A stretch of DNA of 64,000 bases from an uncultured Bacteroidales bacterium (lineage in GTDB: Bacteria > Bacteroidota > Bacteroidia > Bacteroidales > S143-33): positions 1,042 to 65,041 of the forward strand of contig CAZYSM010000007.1 of NCBI GenBank assembly GCA_964649975.1, read 5' to 3'. The notes below the pieces were generated by a model that worked only from the letters and a program-made list of their open reading frames with translations, made no database searches and had not been told where the DNA came from. A program made the translations under genes and the position numbers. How positions within the stretch are numbered: position 1 is the first letter of the stretch; each line of letters begins with the position of its first letter. Below, piece by piece: positions 46,412 through 56,683 of this stretch.

Positions 46412-48430
46412 ATGAGATTAAAGCTTGTATTATTATTTATCCTTTTTGGCTTTGGTGTTTATGCCCAGGATTTCAAAGATGTGGATAAAGGTTTATCCGT
46501 AGATACCCTGGAGGTTATAAAATTGTTAGAGCGAGATGGCTGTGCCCAGGATAAGGATACTTTGTTTATTTATCTTTCTAAACTATCTGCACTTAGGTGT
46601 GATAGTATATCTGCCAGAGAACGGGCTTCTTTTGCCAGGCTTTTTTCGCACATAGCAGATTTATTAGTGGATAACGACAGTCCGGAGGCTGCTATGACTT
46701 TTGCCAACAAAGCTTTGCAGTGCAATCCGCAGGATGGTTGGGCCAAATTGGTATTGGCCAGGATAATGTTACTTTCGGGCAATGCCGATAGTGCTTATGG
46801 GATTTTGAAGCAAGTATATGGTAATATTTCATCTGGTGCTTATTCCCGTGTTATTGGTATTGCAGGAGAGGTGGCACAAAGATACTCAGAGAAAATTCTA
46901 TCCTTAATGCATCAGGGTCAATACTTACCAGCTTTGACTTATGCGCGGATTGTTGATACTTTATTAATGATGTATCCTACTGCAGATACAGCATTTAAGA
47001 CTTTATTCAAAAGCTTGCTTTTGCGTGTTTATGGCTATGAGTTAGAACTAATGAAAAGAGACTTAGACTGGGGCAGGTATGATTCGGCTTTGGTCAGGCT
47101 TGGTTATATTGAGGATTTTTGTAGGCGTTATTCCTATGTTTTTTCTGCTGATGAGCGTATGAAGCATTCTGATAATCTTAAATATGTTGTTTTTCAGGCT
47201 ATTGATAGGTCTCTGAAAGACAGACGGATTTATGTAGCACTTAAATTCCTTAATGGATATTATAATTTGTGTGAAGTCCTCAATGATAAAGAATGCCTCA
47301 GCCTACTGGACAACGAACGGAACAGGGTTTACAGGGAGATTTTTGGCTATCGCCTCTCTCGTATGAGAAATTTATGGAGGCAAAAGGATATTAAGTCATT
47401 GATATTTCTTATTAAAGAAACTGATGATTTTGTAAAAAAGTATAATATACAGGATATTTCACAGTATCAAAAATTAAAAGATTCTGTTTACCTCTACCAG
47501 GTGAGTAGTTATGTAAAACTTTTGCAGATATATTTACATAGCAAGCAATATGATTCTGCGTTTTCTATCCTTAATTTGTTGACTTCGGATAAAGAATTGG
47601 CAAGGTATATGCCAGACACATTGATTAATTATTATCCTGAGATTGTTAGAAAGAGTGTAATTGCTTCTTTGTCTGATACCAATATTAGTAAAAATAAACT
47701 GTTTGATATAGAGGAGGTTATACTTAAGAATAATCTTGCTGATGATACTCTTGTGAGGATGCTATATCTTAAAAGATTAAAGCGATTGTCTTATGAGTGT
47801 GCTTATAAGCACGAGTTATTTTTTTCCAATCTCAGGCAGTATCAGCTTTCTCTGCTTAATAGAGATTTTCTTGGGGCACGTGCTATATTGGAGAAAACAC
47901 TTAAATTATCAGATTCTCTTTGTCCTCTGCCAGAAGATACGGTGATTACTTTGCTGAATGATTTGAGTGCTGCTGTAACTTACGACCTTTTGCAGAAACA
48001 GGTTTTTGAGGCTTTCAAAAATAAAGATTATCAGAAAAGTTTTGAATTTTTACTGGCAGCCCAAAAATACTATCACGAACAGGCTTTGTCTCGTTTTGGT
48101 ATGCCCCAGCCGGATTTATATCAGACAATTATTTCTTTTAATCTGCCTTTTGTTTTGTATGCTGCCCGTGAGTTAGTCTATTTAGACAGTTTGCAGCTGG
48201 CTTATGATTTATTGAAATATGCTAATAGCCAGGGTGTACCTGCTACAAGGACAAAAGATATACAGAAAGAACTGGGTTTTCGTCTGGCTGTCCATGATTT
48301 CACCCTTAATCCTTATGAAAATTTGAGGAAATCTTTACGCCGGTATAAACGTTATCATCCCTGGTGGTTCAGATATATGATTAAGCAATATATTAGGCAA
48401 CGTTCGCGGATGAAAGCTTTTAAATTTTAA
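46412..48430 (+). CDS. secreted all-helical (TPR-like) hypothetical protein
   Basis: I chose the ATG at 46412 (MRLKLVLLFILFGFGVYAQ, signal peptide) over the TTG at 46394. The sequence is a long helical repeat. Confidence 0.6.
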   Translation: MRLKLVLLFILFGFGVYAQDFKDVDKGLSVDTLEVIKLLERDGCAQDKDTLFIYLSKLSALRCDSISARERASFARLFSHIADLLVDNDSPEAAMTFANKALQCNPQDGWAKLVLARIMLLSGNADSAYGILKQVYGNISSGAYSRVIGIAGEVAQRYSEKILSLMHQGQYLPALTYARIVDTLLMMYPTADTAFKTLFKSLLLRVYGYELELMKRDLDWGRYDSALVRLGYIEDFCRRYSYVFSADERMKHSDNLKYVVFQAIDRSLKDRRIYVALKFLNGYYNLCEVLNDKECLSLLDNERNRVYREIFGYRLSRMRNLWRQKDIKSLIFLIKETDDFVKKYNIQDISQYQKLKDSVYLYQVSSYVKLLQIYLHSKQYDSAFSILNLLTSDKELARYMPDTLINYYPEIVRKSVIASLSDTNISKNKLFDIEEVILKNNLADDTLVRMLYLKRLKRLSYECAYKHELFFSNLRQYQLSLLNRDFLGARAILEKTLKLSDSLCPLPEDTVITLLNDLSAAVTYDLLQKQVFEAFKNKDYQKSFEFLLAAQKYYHEQALSRFGMPQPDLYQTIISFNLPFVLYAARELVYLDSLQLAYDLLKYANSQGVPATRTKDIQKELGFRLAVHDFTLNPYENLRKSLRRYKRYHPWWFRYMIKQYIRQRSRMKAFKF

Positions 48431-49037
48431 TGTTTTTCAGGTATAATATTGCCTCATTACCCATATTGAATATCAAATCCAGAATGCTAAGGTTTGGTGT
48501 AAATCCGAATTTATCCTCAAATACCTGGGGATAAGGCGGATAATTTATTTTTGATGGGTTTTTGGGTGAAAGACTATAACGGTAATCTAACCAGCCATTG
48601 GGCAGAGGATTTTCATATCTGTCTGTTAGTTCTATTTTTTTGTCTATCTGTAATATTCGCAGGAAAGTCTTTAGAAGTGCGATATTGAGGTCAAATAATT
48701 TTTCTGGTTTTTGTTTCAGAGTATAAGCAATTTCATCAAAGAAAAAATCAAAGAAAGGTGCTGAGGCATAGGCCGTTTTTATGGTTTTCAGATGATTATC
48801 CACCCAGTTCTTTGTATAATCAATTTCTATTTCGGTGATAAGTTTTTTGTTTTTGGAACGTCCGCCGATAACAGGGACAATTAAATTGTGTTTGCCCTGG
48901 GGCGAAAGTATTGTGCAGCGGTTTCTATAAGTCTGCTTAATGAAGTTTTCCTTGCTCTCTATCAATACCTTTTCCTTGCTGAGGAATATGGCAAACCATT
49001 CAATATTAGGGCAATAAGCTGTTGACAATAGTACCAT
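48420..49037 (-). CDS. WbqC-family protein
   Basis: N-terminus STAYCPNIEWFAIFL....VLIESKENFIKQTYRNRC.I is characteristic of WbqC-like proteins. Confidence 0.8.
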   Translation of the reverse strand: MVLLSTAYCPNIEWFAIFLSKEKVLIESKENFIKQTYRNRCTILSPQGKHNLIVPVIGGRSKNKKLITEIEIDYTKNWVDNHLKTIKTAYASAPFFDFFFDEIAYTLKQKPEKLFDLNIALLKTFLRILQIDKKIELTDRYENPLPNGWLDYRYSLSPKNPSKINYPPYPQVFEDKFGFTPNLSILDLIFNMGNEAILYLKNIKI

Positions 49038-49050
49038 TTTCGTGAATTTT

Positions 49051-50646
49051 TTATAAAATTACCAACAGTTGAACGAGCAGGATTACCATTACCAGGGCAA
49101 AAGGATATGTTGCAGCATAAGCCACAGAAATAGCAGAGCAATTGTTTTTCTCCTGTATCACACCCAGAGCAGCGGTACTTGTAAGTGCTCCTGTTAGCAA
49201 TCCAAGTAGGGATAAGAAGTTTATTTTAAGTATTTTCCATCCAACAAAAGCACCTATCATAACAGAAGCAATGATTAACACAACAGCTTCGGCAATCATA
49301 ATGAGACCGTGTCCGGATAGAATATCCTTTACGTGAGCGCCGGCATCAGCGCCTACTACAGCAATGAACATCAACAGTGCTAATTTTTTCAGGATGTTTC
49401 CGCCATTTGCCGGCACTGTCCACAGAATAGGCCCAGTTTTTCCTATACGGCTGAGTATTAATCCACTAAGCAGGGCGCCTCCTGTTATGCCAAGCTTGAA
49501 ATGTATATGCGCACCCAGAGGTATTTCTATTTTTCCCAGTAATAAGCCTATAAGCAGGCCAAGGAATAGAGGCAGGAAATCTATTTCGGATAATTTTTTC
49601 ATTTCGTCGCCTACTATTGCTGCTACTTTTTCCAGGTCGGTTTTTGCGCCAGCTACCAGTATTTTGTCGCCAAACTTGAACGTACTTTCCGGAGTGGGCA
49701 TAAGTTCAATACCCGAACGTCGTATTTTTATTATCCTCACATTGTATTTGTCGGATAATTTTAGATTTTTGTATTTTTTGTTCACCACTTCCTTATTTGT
49801 AACAAGCATCCAACGGATGTCATATTTTCCGGGTAGTTCAATTATCTCATCTACTGGTTGTCCAAAGAGCAGGGCAGCGCGTTTCTGGTTCTGGTCGGTT
49901 CCTACAAAACGTATCAGGTCATTTTTGTGGAGAACTGTCTCGGCATTTGGGGTGAATACCTGATCTCCGTGCTTGACGCGTGAAATAACCCCGCCTGTAA
50001 TTTCACGTATTTGCAGTTCTTTGAGGCTTTTTCCTTCCAGGTTAGGATTATCTATGCGAAAATTTTGTCCATAAGTACGTGGATGGTCCTTAAGAAGCTG
50101 CTGTTGATATTTTTCTTTTTCCTTTTTCAGGTCAATGTGGAAAAGTTTTGGGAGTATGTTTAACAATATAATCAATCCGAACAAGCCTATGGGATAGGCC
50201 AGTCCGTAACCTACCGAAGCTTTTGACGAACCAGTGGCTTCAATGGCTACTGCCAGTCCAGGGGTGCTGGTAACCGCACCGGTAAAAATGCCTGTGTTAA
50301 AAGCTTTGTCAATATGGAAAATTTTGCCGAAAGCAAAGGCTATAATTGCAGTGCTAATGAGGATTATACTTGTCAATAGTAACATCTGTCTGCCTTCGCG
50401 GCGAAAACTCTCAAAAAATCCTGGACCTGATTGCATACCTACAATAAAAATAAACAAGACCAGACCGAATTTGAGAAAATCCTTTGGGATTTTTACTCCG
50501 TAGTTGCCAATGATTATTGCAACTATCAGTATAGCAGCAATATCCAGACTGGTGCCCATAATTTTTATTTTGCCCAATAACAGCCCTAATGCCAGTATGA
50601 GAATCAAGGCGATATAACCTTCCATATTTGGTAAACTTGCAATCAC
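49051..50646 (-). CDS. AAE-family (YidE/YbjL/AspT-like) transporter with two central TrkA-C/RCK_C domains
   Basis: Duplicated membrane halves flank two RCK_C-like segments (GKSLKELQIREITGGVISRVKHGD..., LKLSDKYNVRIIKIRRSGIEL...). Confidence 0.85.
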   Translation of the reverse strand: MIASLPNMEGYIALILILALGLLLGKIKIMGTSLDIAAILIVAIIIGNYGVKIPKDFLKFGLVLFIFIVGMQSGPGFFESFRREGRQMLLLTSIILISTAIIAFAFGKIFHIDKAFNTGIFTGAVTSTPGLAVAIEATGSSKASVGYGLAYPIGLFGLIILLNILPKLFHIDLKKEKEKYQQQLLKDHPRTYGQNFRIDNPNLEGKSLKELQIREITGGVISRVKHGDQVFTPNAETVLHKNDLIRFVGTDQNQKRAALLFGQPVDEIIELPGKYDIRWMLVTNKEVVNKKYKNLKLSDKYNVRIIKIRRSGIELMPTPESTFKFGDKILVAGAKTDLEKVAAIVGDEMKKLSEIDFLPLFLGLLIGLLLGKIEIPLGAHIHFKLGITGGALLSGLILSRIGKTGPILWTVPANGGNILKKLALLMFIAVVGADAGAHVKDILSGHGLIMIAEAVVLIIASVMIGAFVGWKILKINFLSLLGLLTGALTSTAALGVIQEKNNCSAISVAYAATYPFALVMVILLVQLLVIL

Positions 50647-50770
50647 GTTTTTAATCTTTTTTTTGCAAAAATAGTGTTTCGTTTCTCAAAAAAAATGAGA
50701 AAAAGCATTTATTTTTGTGTAAAATTCGGGCATAAAAATTGTTTTTTTATCGGGTAAAATATTTTCCGGC

Positions 50771-53700
50771 ATGAAAAAGTCAGTTATTGTTTTTATAAGT
50801 ATATTATTGTTAATCCCTTCCTTTGGACGAAATCTGGATGATATAAAGCGTAGCGGAGTTATCTATGTGGCTTTTACCGAAAGTTCCTATAACAGTATAA
50901 ACCGTTATATTGCCGAAGAATTTGCCAGGTTCCTCAATGTTAAGATGGAACCAGTTTTTACCACCTGGCAGCAAAATTTTTCCCGGAATGGTAAAATTCC
51001 CTCCGACCTGGAGACTAATCCAAATATTTCCTACACACCTGATGCTCTGCGCAAAGCTGATTTTATTTGCGGCACTATTTATGTCTATCCCTGGCGAAAA
51101 AAGCTTTTTGATTATGCTGGAATAATGTATGTTAGTGATTTGCTGGTTGTTAGAAAAGGATTTGCCTGGAACTATTTTTTCCGTCTTATTTTACCTGATG
51201 AGGTCCTTGGTTTGCAGATGGATAGATATGACATTAAATCTTACAAAGACCTCAGAGGTCTCAGAATTGCTCTGCTGTCAAATTCCAGCTATCAAAAGGA
51301 TATACAGCGTATTAATGACCAGATAGGCGGAGGTATTAAAGTTGTATTGACCAAAAGTGAAGAGCAGTCCCAGAGATTGATGGAAGAAGGAAAAGTGGAC
51401 GGATTTGTGGCTGTATCTTATCTGGCTCTTAAATACCTGAAAAATCATCCTGAGGCAAAGCTGGCTTTCCCGGTAGGAAAACCTTTTAAGGTGGGATGGG
51501 CTGTTGAGAAAGGTAATGTGCAGCTGCAGAGAGAGATAAATAATTTCTTTGAGACTATCAAAGGTAATGGACGGCTGGATAAGCTTTTTATGGACCATTA
51601 CAATATTGATTACAAAACTTATCTTGAAATTATCAATTCTTATGCTCAATCTTCTGAATCCGGACGTGACCTGGACGAAATTATGGCTTCGGGTAAGATT
51701 ATCATTGCTGTCAGAGACCGTGAAATGATTTATCATCCTACCGGAAAAAAACAATTTTCTCAATATCTGGCCGAGGAATTTGCTAATTATCTTGGTCTGG
51801 ACCTTGAGCTGGTAGTGGCCCCTAATCTGGCTACATATTTTGAGGACAGCGAGGGAAAAATAGTCAAAGATTCCAGCTATACGCCGGAATTTATGAAAAA
51901 GGTTGATGTGGTATGTGACCTGCTCGCGCCTGTGCCCTGGCGATTAAATAAAGTGGATATAATTGGATATATGCCTCTGGCAAAGGTTGTGGTGGCACGG
52001 AAAGGCCTGAAAATAAATACAATTGCAGACCTGAAAAAATATAGAGGCGTCACTGCAAAAGGTTCATCCTATGAGCAAGCTCTCATTGATAACGGAATTA
52101 CAAATTATTACTATGCACCGGCAGAAAAATTAATGGACGAGGTAGCCTCTGGGCACGCTGATTACACCCTTCAGAGCTTTATTTACAATATTTCGGATTA
52201 TCCAAACCTGGAAGTCAAGTTCATTGTCGGAGATATTAATAAAGTTGGTTGGGCTATTAAACGCAATGAACCTAAATTGAGGCAGAAAATTCTGGAATTC
52301 TTTGAGTTTGCAGAAAAATACGGTATTCTGGATACGTATTTTAAGATGCAGACAGGTATGCCTTTCAGATCTCTGGAGAAATACCTTATAGCCTTGCATC
52401 AGGCTTATAATATCGGTGTTTTTCCGTTTGTTTTTTATGGCACTGATCAGGGCTTGCCACAGGAGGACGTTATGGATATTATGCAGGACCGTAAAGGTTA
52501 TATCTGGTTTGCCACACTGGGTGGATCAGTCAGATTCAATGGCCGTAAAATGCAGGTATATACCACCAAAGACGGACTTCTGAGCAACGAAGTTTTTGAT
52601 ATTGCCGAAGACAGAAAGAAAGATACACTCTATCTGGCTACTTTCAGGGGAATATCCTCTTATTCAAATTACAAATTTGATTCTGTCTATACTGGCAAGG
52701 CTTTCCGTCATATCTATATTGATAAATTTAATAACAAATGGTTTTATGGTGATTTTGGCACGGTGATACTGAAAGATAATGGTGCCGAAGTTGATTTGAA
52801 TTATAAGCTTAAAAATTTCCCTCTGAAAATATATGCTGTTGATTATCTGGATTTTCCTACTTATTATCTTATTGCTACAAATAAAGGGCTGTTTTTGGTA
52901 GATACATCTTTTAGCCAGAGCAAAAAGATTTCCAATGATATTTTCTATGACATTTTTATTGACAGCGACCAGAATATATGGTTGACCGGCAGCAAAGGCA
53001 TTTTTTACAACAGCAATCCATATAGCATCCAGAAAGGTAATATCGGACGCAGGGTTAACAAGGAACTGAAAATCAGTGATGATATAATTTCCAGGATTGT
53101 CCATACTCGCGACGGAGCTATCTGGCTTATAAGTAATTTCCGGGCTTATCAGATTTTTTCCCTGCGTCAATCACCTATTATTTATGACCAGAATATTGGT
53201 CTGTCCGGACAAAAAATTCTTTCCTTCTTCACTGATAATGAGGGTAATTACTGGTTTGGTTATTCTGGTGGAATACAAAAATTAACTAATAAGAGCCTTA
53301 GGATTGTCGCTCCGGATAAGCTTAAGTATTATGTTCATTCAATGGTCTATGACAAATATAATCATCTGTGGGTGGCCTTTACCAATAGTCTCTACTGGCT
53401 TGGAGATTCTATTGTCCAATTTTCCCGCAGGCTTTCCGGTATGGAAAAACCTTACGGCGTTGGCCTTGCCCCGGATGGAAATATTATTATTGCTTCGGCT
53501 TCTGATATTTATCTGGTTGACCCTGCTACGCTTAAAATACTGAAACATAGAATATTGCCATATAGCATTCCACAGGTGTATAAAGTTTTTGTCTCATCAA
53601 AAAACGAAATTTTTATTCTAACCGGTTCAAATGATTTTATTTATTATCTTAAAAACTTTGACAGCCCGATAAAAAAATTGGAAAGCCCTCTGACCAGTTT

Positions 53701-55687
53701 TGTCTATCAATTGGTAGAATATGACGGATTAGTAATAGGCGGAAATAATTCATCAATAATCTATTTTAACGGGGATAAGTTTAAAATTCTCAAGAACATT
53801 AATCATACTGTATGGACGCTCAAGGTGATTAACGATAGCCTTTATGTAGGTACCGAAGCAGGTCTGGGTATTTTTGCCGCAGGTAATTTTCAATTACTTG
53901 ATAATCTTGAACTGCCTGATAATTATGTTACTGCTATAGAAAAAGCTAATAAACCTGGATATTTGTGGATTGGTACTAACAAAGGCTTTTGTTATGTCAA
54001 TATCAAGGATAATAAAGTGGAATTCTCAATTGATGCCAATGACGGATTACCAGGTAATGAAATTGCCTTTGATGGTTTGCGCCTGGATGCCAAAGGTTTA
54101 TTATGGATAGGCACACTTCACGGAATTGCCACCTATGATATTAAGAAAAAGGAAATTAAGAAATATGCGCCTAACTGCCAGATTGAAGCTATATACCTCA
54201 ATGGCGAAAGAATTTATGACCTGCCGCATTACCTTAAATACAGACAGAACAACCTTACCTTTGAATTGACCGGATTATCATTCCGCAATGAGGAATCCCT
54301 TGTGTATGACTATTATCTGCGCGGACTTAAATCTAAGAATTTCCCCGGATGGAAAGGACATTCTTATAAGGCTACTTTCCAGAACCTGCCGCCAGGAAAA
54401 TATACTTTTTCCTATCGTGCCAAAGGTAAAGACGGTATATGGAGCTATTACAAGAGCATTAATTTTGTTATTATGAAACCGCTCTGGCAAAAGACCTGGT
54501 TTATTGTCCTGATGGTTCTTGTCTTTTTTGCCGGAGTGTTCGGATTTATTAAATGGAGGGAATATAATTTACGTAAGCGTAATGAGCTATTGGAGCGTCT
54601 GGTGGAAGAGCGTACCCACGAGATAGAGATGCAAAAAGTAGAATTGGAACAGAAAAATATAGAACTGGAGCAGCAACAGGAAGAGATTATTGCCCAGCGT
54701 GACGAGCTGGCTCGCCAGAGAGATATTGCACGCAAGCAGCGCGATGAAATTGCCCGTCAGAAACAGGAAATTATGGACAGTATCTATTACGCTAAACGTA
54801 TCCAATCCGCCATACTCCCGCCCTTGTCACAGGTCAAAACTTATCTGCCCGAGTTCTTTGTCCTGTATCTACCGAGGGATATTGTTTCTGGTGATTTCTA
54901 TTGGTTTAAGAAAATAGGCGATAATATCATTGTGGCAGCGGCCGACTGTACAGGCCACGGAGTACCTGGTGCTTTTATGTCAATGCTCGGAACAGCTTTG
55001 CTGGAAGAGATTACACTGATTTATCGTGATAGCCTCAATTCCGGAAAAATACTGGACACTCTGCGTGAGCGTGTTATAGAATCCTTGCACCAGACAGGGC
55101 GTATTGAGGAAGCAAAAGACGGTATGGACATAGCTCTTTATATCCTTAATCAGAAGACTTTGCGCCTACAATTCTCAGGCGCTTTTAACCCATTGATTAT
55201 TGTCCGGGGAGATACTCTTATTGAACTCAGACCTGATAGGATGCCTATTGGCATCTTTGAGGATGTTAAGGATAATTTTAATACCGTTCTTTTTGATGTA
55301 GAAAAGGATGATATGATTTACAGTTTTTCCGACGGATATGCTTCGCAGTTTGGCAGTCCTAAGGGCAAAAAGTTCCGGATTACTCGCCTGCGTAAATTGC
55401 TGTTGGCTATCAGTGATTTGCCTATGGATGAACAAAAGGAAAGTTTGCAGAATGCCCTTAAAAACTGGATGGGAGAGACTTATGAACAAGTGGACGATAT
55501 CCTTGTTATTGGCGTAAGGATTACCTGGGAGCGAACACAGGAACCAGATCCCATTGATATGTCAAAATACGAGGAGTTTATTACTGTTATGAATATCCAG
55601 ATAAGCAAAAAGACCGAGCCGGTTGCTCTAAAAGTATCAGAACAAAAGCAGGATAATCAAGAGGATAAAGATAATGAACAGGCTTAA
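50771..55687 (+). CDS. giant sensor phosphatase: signal peptide, 2x SBP_bac_3 (MltF-N-like) domains, Reg_prop beta-propeller repeats, Y_Y_Y domain, TM, coiled coil, PP2C/SpoIIE phosphatase, acidic tail
   Basis: SBP-like starts are IKRSGVIYVAF...EEFARFLNV and MASGKIIIAVRD...EEFANYLGL. A propeller motif is DRKGYIWFATLGGSVRFNG. The Y_Y_Y block is LTFELTGLSF...LPPGKYTFSYRAKGKDGIWS. The TM helix WFIVLMVLVFFAGVFGFI is at about 54497-54556. The SpoIIE motifs are YYAKRIQSAILPP...SGDFYWF...AAADCTGHGVPGAFMSMLG. Confidence 0.85.
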   Translation: MKKSVIVFISILLLIPSFGRNLDDIKRSGVIYVAFTESSYNSINRYIAEEFARFLNVKMEPVFTTWQQNFSRNGKIPSDLETNPNISYTPDALRKADFICGTIYVYPWRKKLFDYAGIMYVSDLLVVRKGFAWNYFFRLILPDEVLGLQMDRYDIKSYKDLRGLRIALLSNSSYQKDIQRINDQIGGGIKVVLTKSEEQSQRLMEEGKVDGFVAVSYLALKYLKNHPEAKLAFPVGKPFKVGWAVEKGNVQLQREINNFFETIKGNGRLDKLFMDHYNIDYKTYLEIINSYAQSSESGRDLDEIMASGKIIIAVRDREMIYHPTGKKQFSQYLAEEFANYLGLDLELVVAPNLATYFEDSEGKIVKDSSYTPEFMKKVDVVCDLLAPVPWRLNKVDIIGYMPLAKVVVARKGLKINTIADLKKYRGVTAKGSSYEQALIDNGITNYYYAPAEKLMDEVASGHADYTLQSFIYNISDYPNLEVKFIVGDINKVGWAIKRNEPKLRQKILEFFEFAEKYGILDTYFKMQTGMPFRSLEKYLIALHQAYNIGVFPFVFYGTDQGLPQEDVMDIMQDRKGYIWFATLGGSVRFNGRKMQVYTTKDGLLSNEVFDIAEDRKKDTLYLATFRGISSYSNYKFDSVYTGKAFRHIYIDKFNNKWFYGDFGTVILKDNGAEVDLNYKLKNFPLKIYAVDYLDFPTYYLIATNKGLFLVDTSFSQSKKISNDIFYDIFIDSDQNIWLTGSKGIFYNSNPYSIQKGNIGRRVNKELKISDDIISRIVHTRDGAIWLISNFRAYQIFSLRQSPIIYDQNIGLSGQKILSFFTDNEGNYWFGYSGGIQKLTNKSLRIVAPDKLKYYVHSMVYDKYNHLWVAFTNSLYWLGDSIVQFSRRLSGMEKPYGVGLAPDGNIIIASASDIYLVDPATLKILKHRILPYSIPQVYKVFVSSKNEIFILTGSNDFIYYLKNFDSPIKKLESPLTSFVYQLVEYDGLVIGGNNSSIIYFNGDKFKILKNINHTVWTLKVINDSLYVGTEAGLGIFAAGNFQLLDNLELPDNYVTAIEKANKPGYLWIGTNKGFCYVNIKDNKVEFSIDANDGLPGNEIAFDGLRLDAKGLLWIGTLHGIATYDIKKKEIKKYAPNCQIEAIYLNGERIYDLPHYLKYRQNNLTFELTGLSFRNEESLVYDYYLRGLKSKNFPGWKGHSYKATFQNLPPGKYTFSYRAKGKDGIWSYYKSINFVIMKPLWQKTWFIVLMVLVFFAGVFGFIKWREYNLRKRNELLERLVEERTHEIEMQKVELEQKNIELEQQQEEIIAQRDELARQRDIARKQRDEIARQKQEIMDSIYYAKRIQSAILPPLSQVKTYLPEFFVLYLPRDIVSGDFYWFKKIGDNIIVAAADCTGHGVPGAFMSMLGTALLEEITLIYRDSLNSGKILDTLRERVIESLHQTGRIEEAKDGMDIALYILNQKTLRLQFSGAFNPLIIVRGDTLIELRPDRMPIGIFEDVKDNFNTVLFDVEKDDMIYSFSDGYASQFGSPKGKKFRITRLRKLLLAISDLPMDEQKESLQNALKNWMGETYEQVDDILVIGVRITWERTQEPDPIDMSKYEEFITVMNIQISKKTEPVALKVSEQKQDNQEDKDNEQA

Positions 55688-55692
55688 CCATC

Positions 55693-55753
55693 GGCTGCCC
55701 GGAAAAACGGAGTATTTATCAATATGCCGTATTAATCTCTCTTCCGGGCAGCC
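55693..55753. repeat. 12-bp perfect inverted repeat with 37-nt spacer between convergent genes (possible bidirectional terminator or structured element)
   Basis: ggctgcccggaa (55693-55704) pairs with ttccgggcagcc (55742-55753). There is an inner acgg/ccgt pairing and no clear T-tract. Confidence 0.6.
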
Positions 55754-55761
55754 AGCATGGT

Positions 55762-56622
55762 TTAATCGGTTTCTTCCGGAGAGAGGCCTTTTTCCAGAAG
55801 GGCTATAAGTACTAACACTACGAAAATCACGAGCATAAGCAAAATTTCTTTCCAGTATTTCACTGGCTCTATCCATATCTCGTGGATAACACCCCAGCGG
55901 CTCAATACTTCAATAAAATTCCAGAATAATATCACCGTGGGAATAGCGTATTTAATAGCATAATCCAGATGTGTTACCCTCCATAATTTTATCATCAATG
56001 TACCTGACCATAATAACGATCCAAAAGCAACAATATAAGTGACTATACTATGTACGCCGAAAAATCTTTCGTCATAGGCAAATAATAGTGCCAGATAGCA
56101 TGCCCACAGCACAAGGTTGATTTCTATAAATGTGATTAATGCCGTGTTTTTATTTGCATAATCAAGGTTAAGTGCTTTTTTTATCCTGAAGGTTTTTTGT
56201 ACCCACAGGAAAAATTTGCATCTGGTTTTTGTACCAAAAAAGTAATAGATCATTGCAATAGCGAAAAATCCCACCGACGAAGGCATAATTAAATACTCTG
56301 GCTTTGTTACAATTTTTCCGTCTATGATTAATGGTGGAACTCCGTAGCGGTGTGCATAATATACGTAGGCAAATTCTATCCAGCCTGTCCACACAAGAAG
56401 ACCTCCGGCAAACCCCATAAAAGTAGCCCAGTTGGAATTTTTCATACGCATACCCCATAATAATAATGCAAATCCAATGATACCCAGTAATATAGCCGAA
56501 TGGTACAGATATGATCTTCCCAGAAACTTTTCCATTAATATCATAGCAGCATGCCCCAGAGGCATCGTAAAAAGAACAATGAAAAATGACAATAAGCCAA
56601 CAAATGGTTTACTAAGTCTCAT
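55762..56622 (-). CDS. polytopic inner-membrane protein, unknown function
   Basis: ORF track; about 8 hydrophobic helices. It is the last gene of a co-directional cluster. Confidence 0.6.
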   Translation of the reverse strand: MRLSKPFVGLLSFFIVLFTMPLGHAAMILMEKFLGRSYLYHSAILLGIIGFALLLWGMRMKNSNWATFMGFAGGLLVWTGWIEFAYVYYAHRYGVPPLIIDGKIVTKPEYLIMPSSVGFFAIAMIYYFFGTKTRCKFFLWVQKTFRIKKALNLDYANKNTALITFIEINLVLWACYLALLFAYDERFFGVHSIVTYIVAFGSLLWSGTLMIKLWRVTHLDYAIKYAIPTVILFWNFIEVLSRWGVIHEIWIEPVKYWKEILLMLVIFVVLVLIALLEKGLSPEETD

Positions 56623-56683
56623 GGCAAGAGTTTTTTAATGTAATTTCAGTAATATTTTTATTAAAAGATATGACTTTTGTCAA

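Noticed and set aside
54580-54790. Repetitive-looking DNA (cagcg.gacgag...cgccag...cgcaagcagcgcgat...) inside the giant sensor gene.
   Set aside because: The repetition reflects a QRDE/ARQ heptad coiled coil at the protein level. It is not a DNA tandem repeat or a mobile-element remnant.
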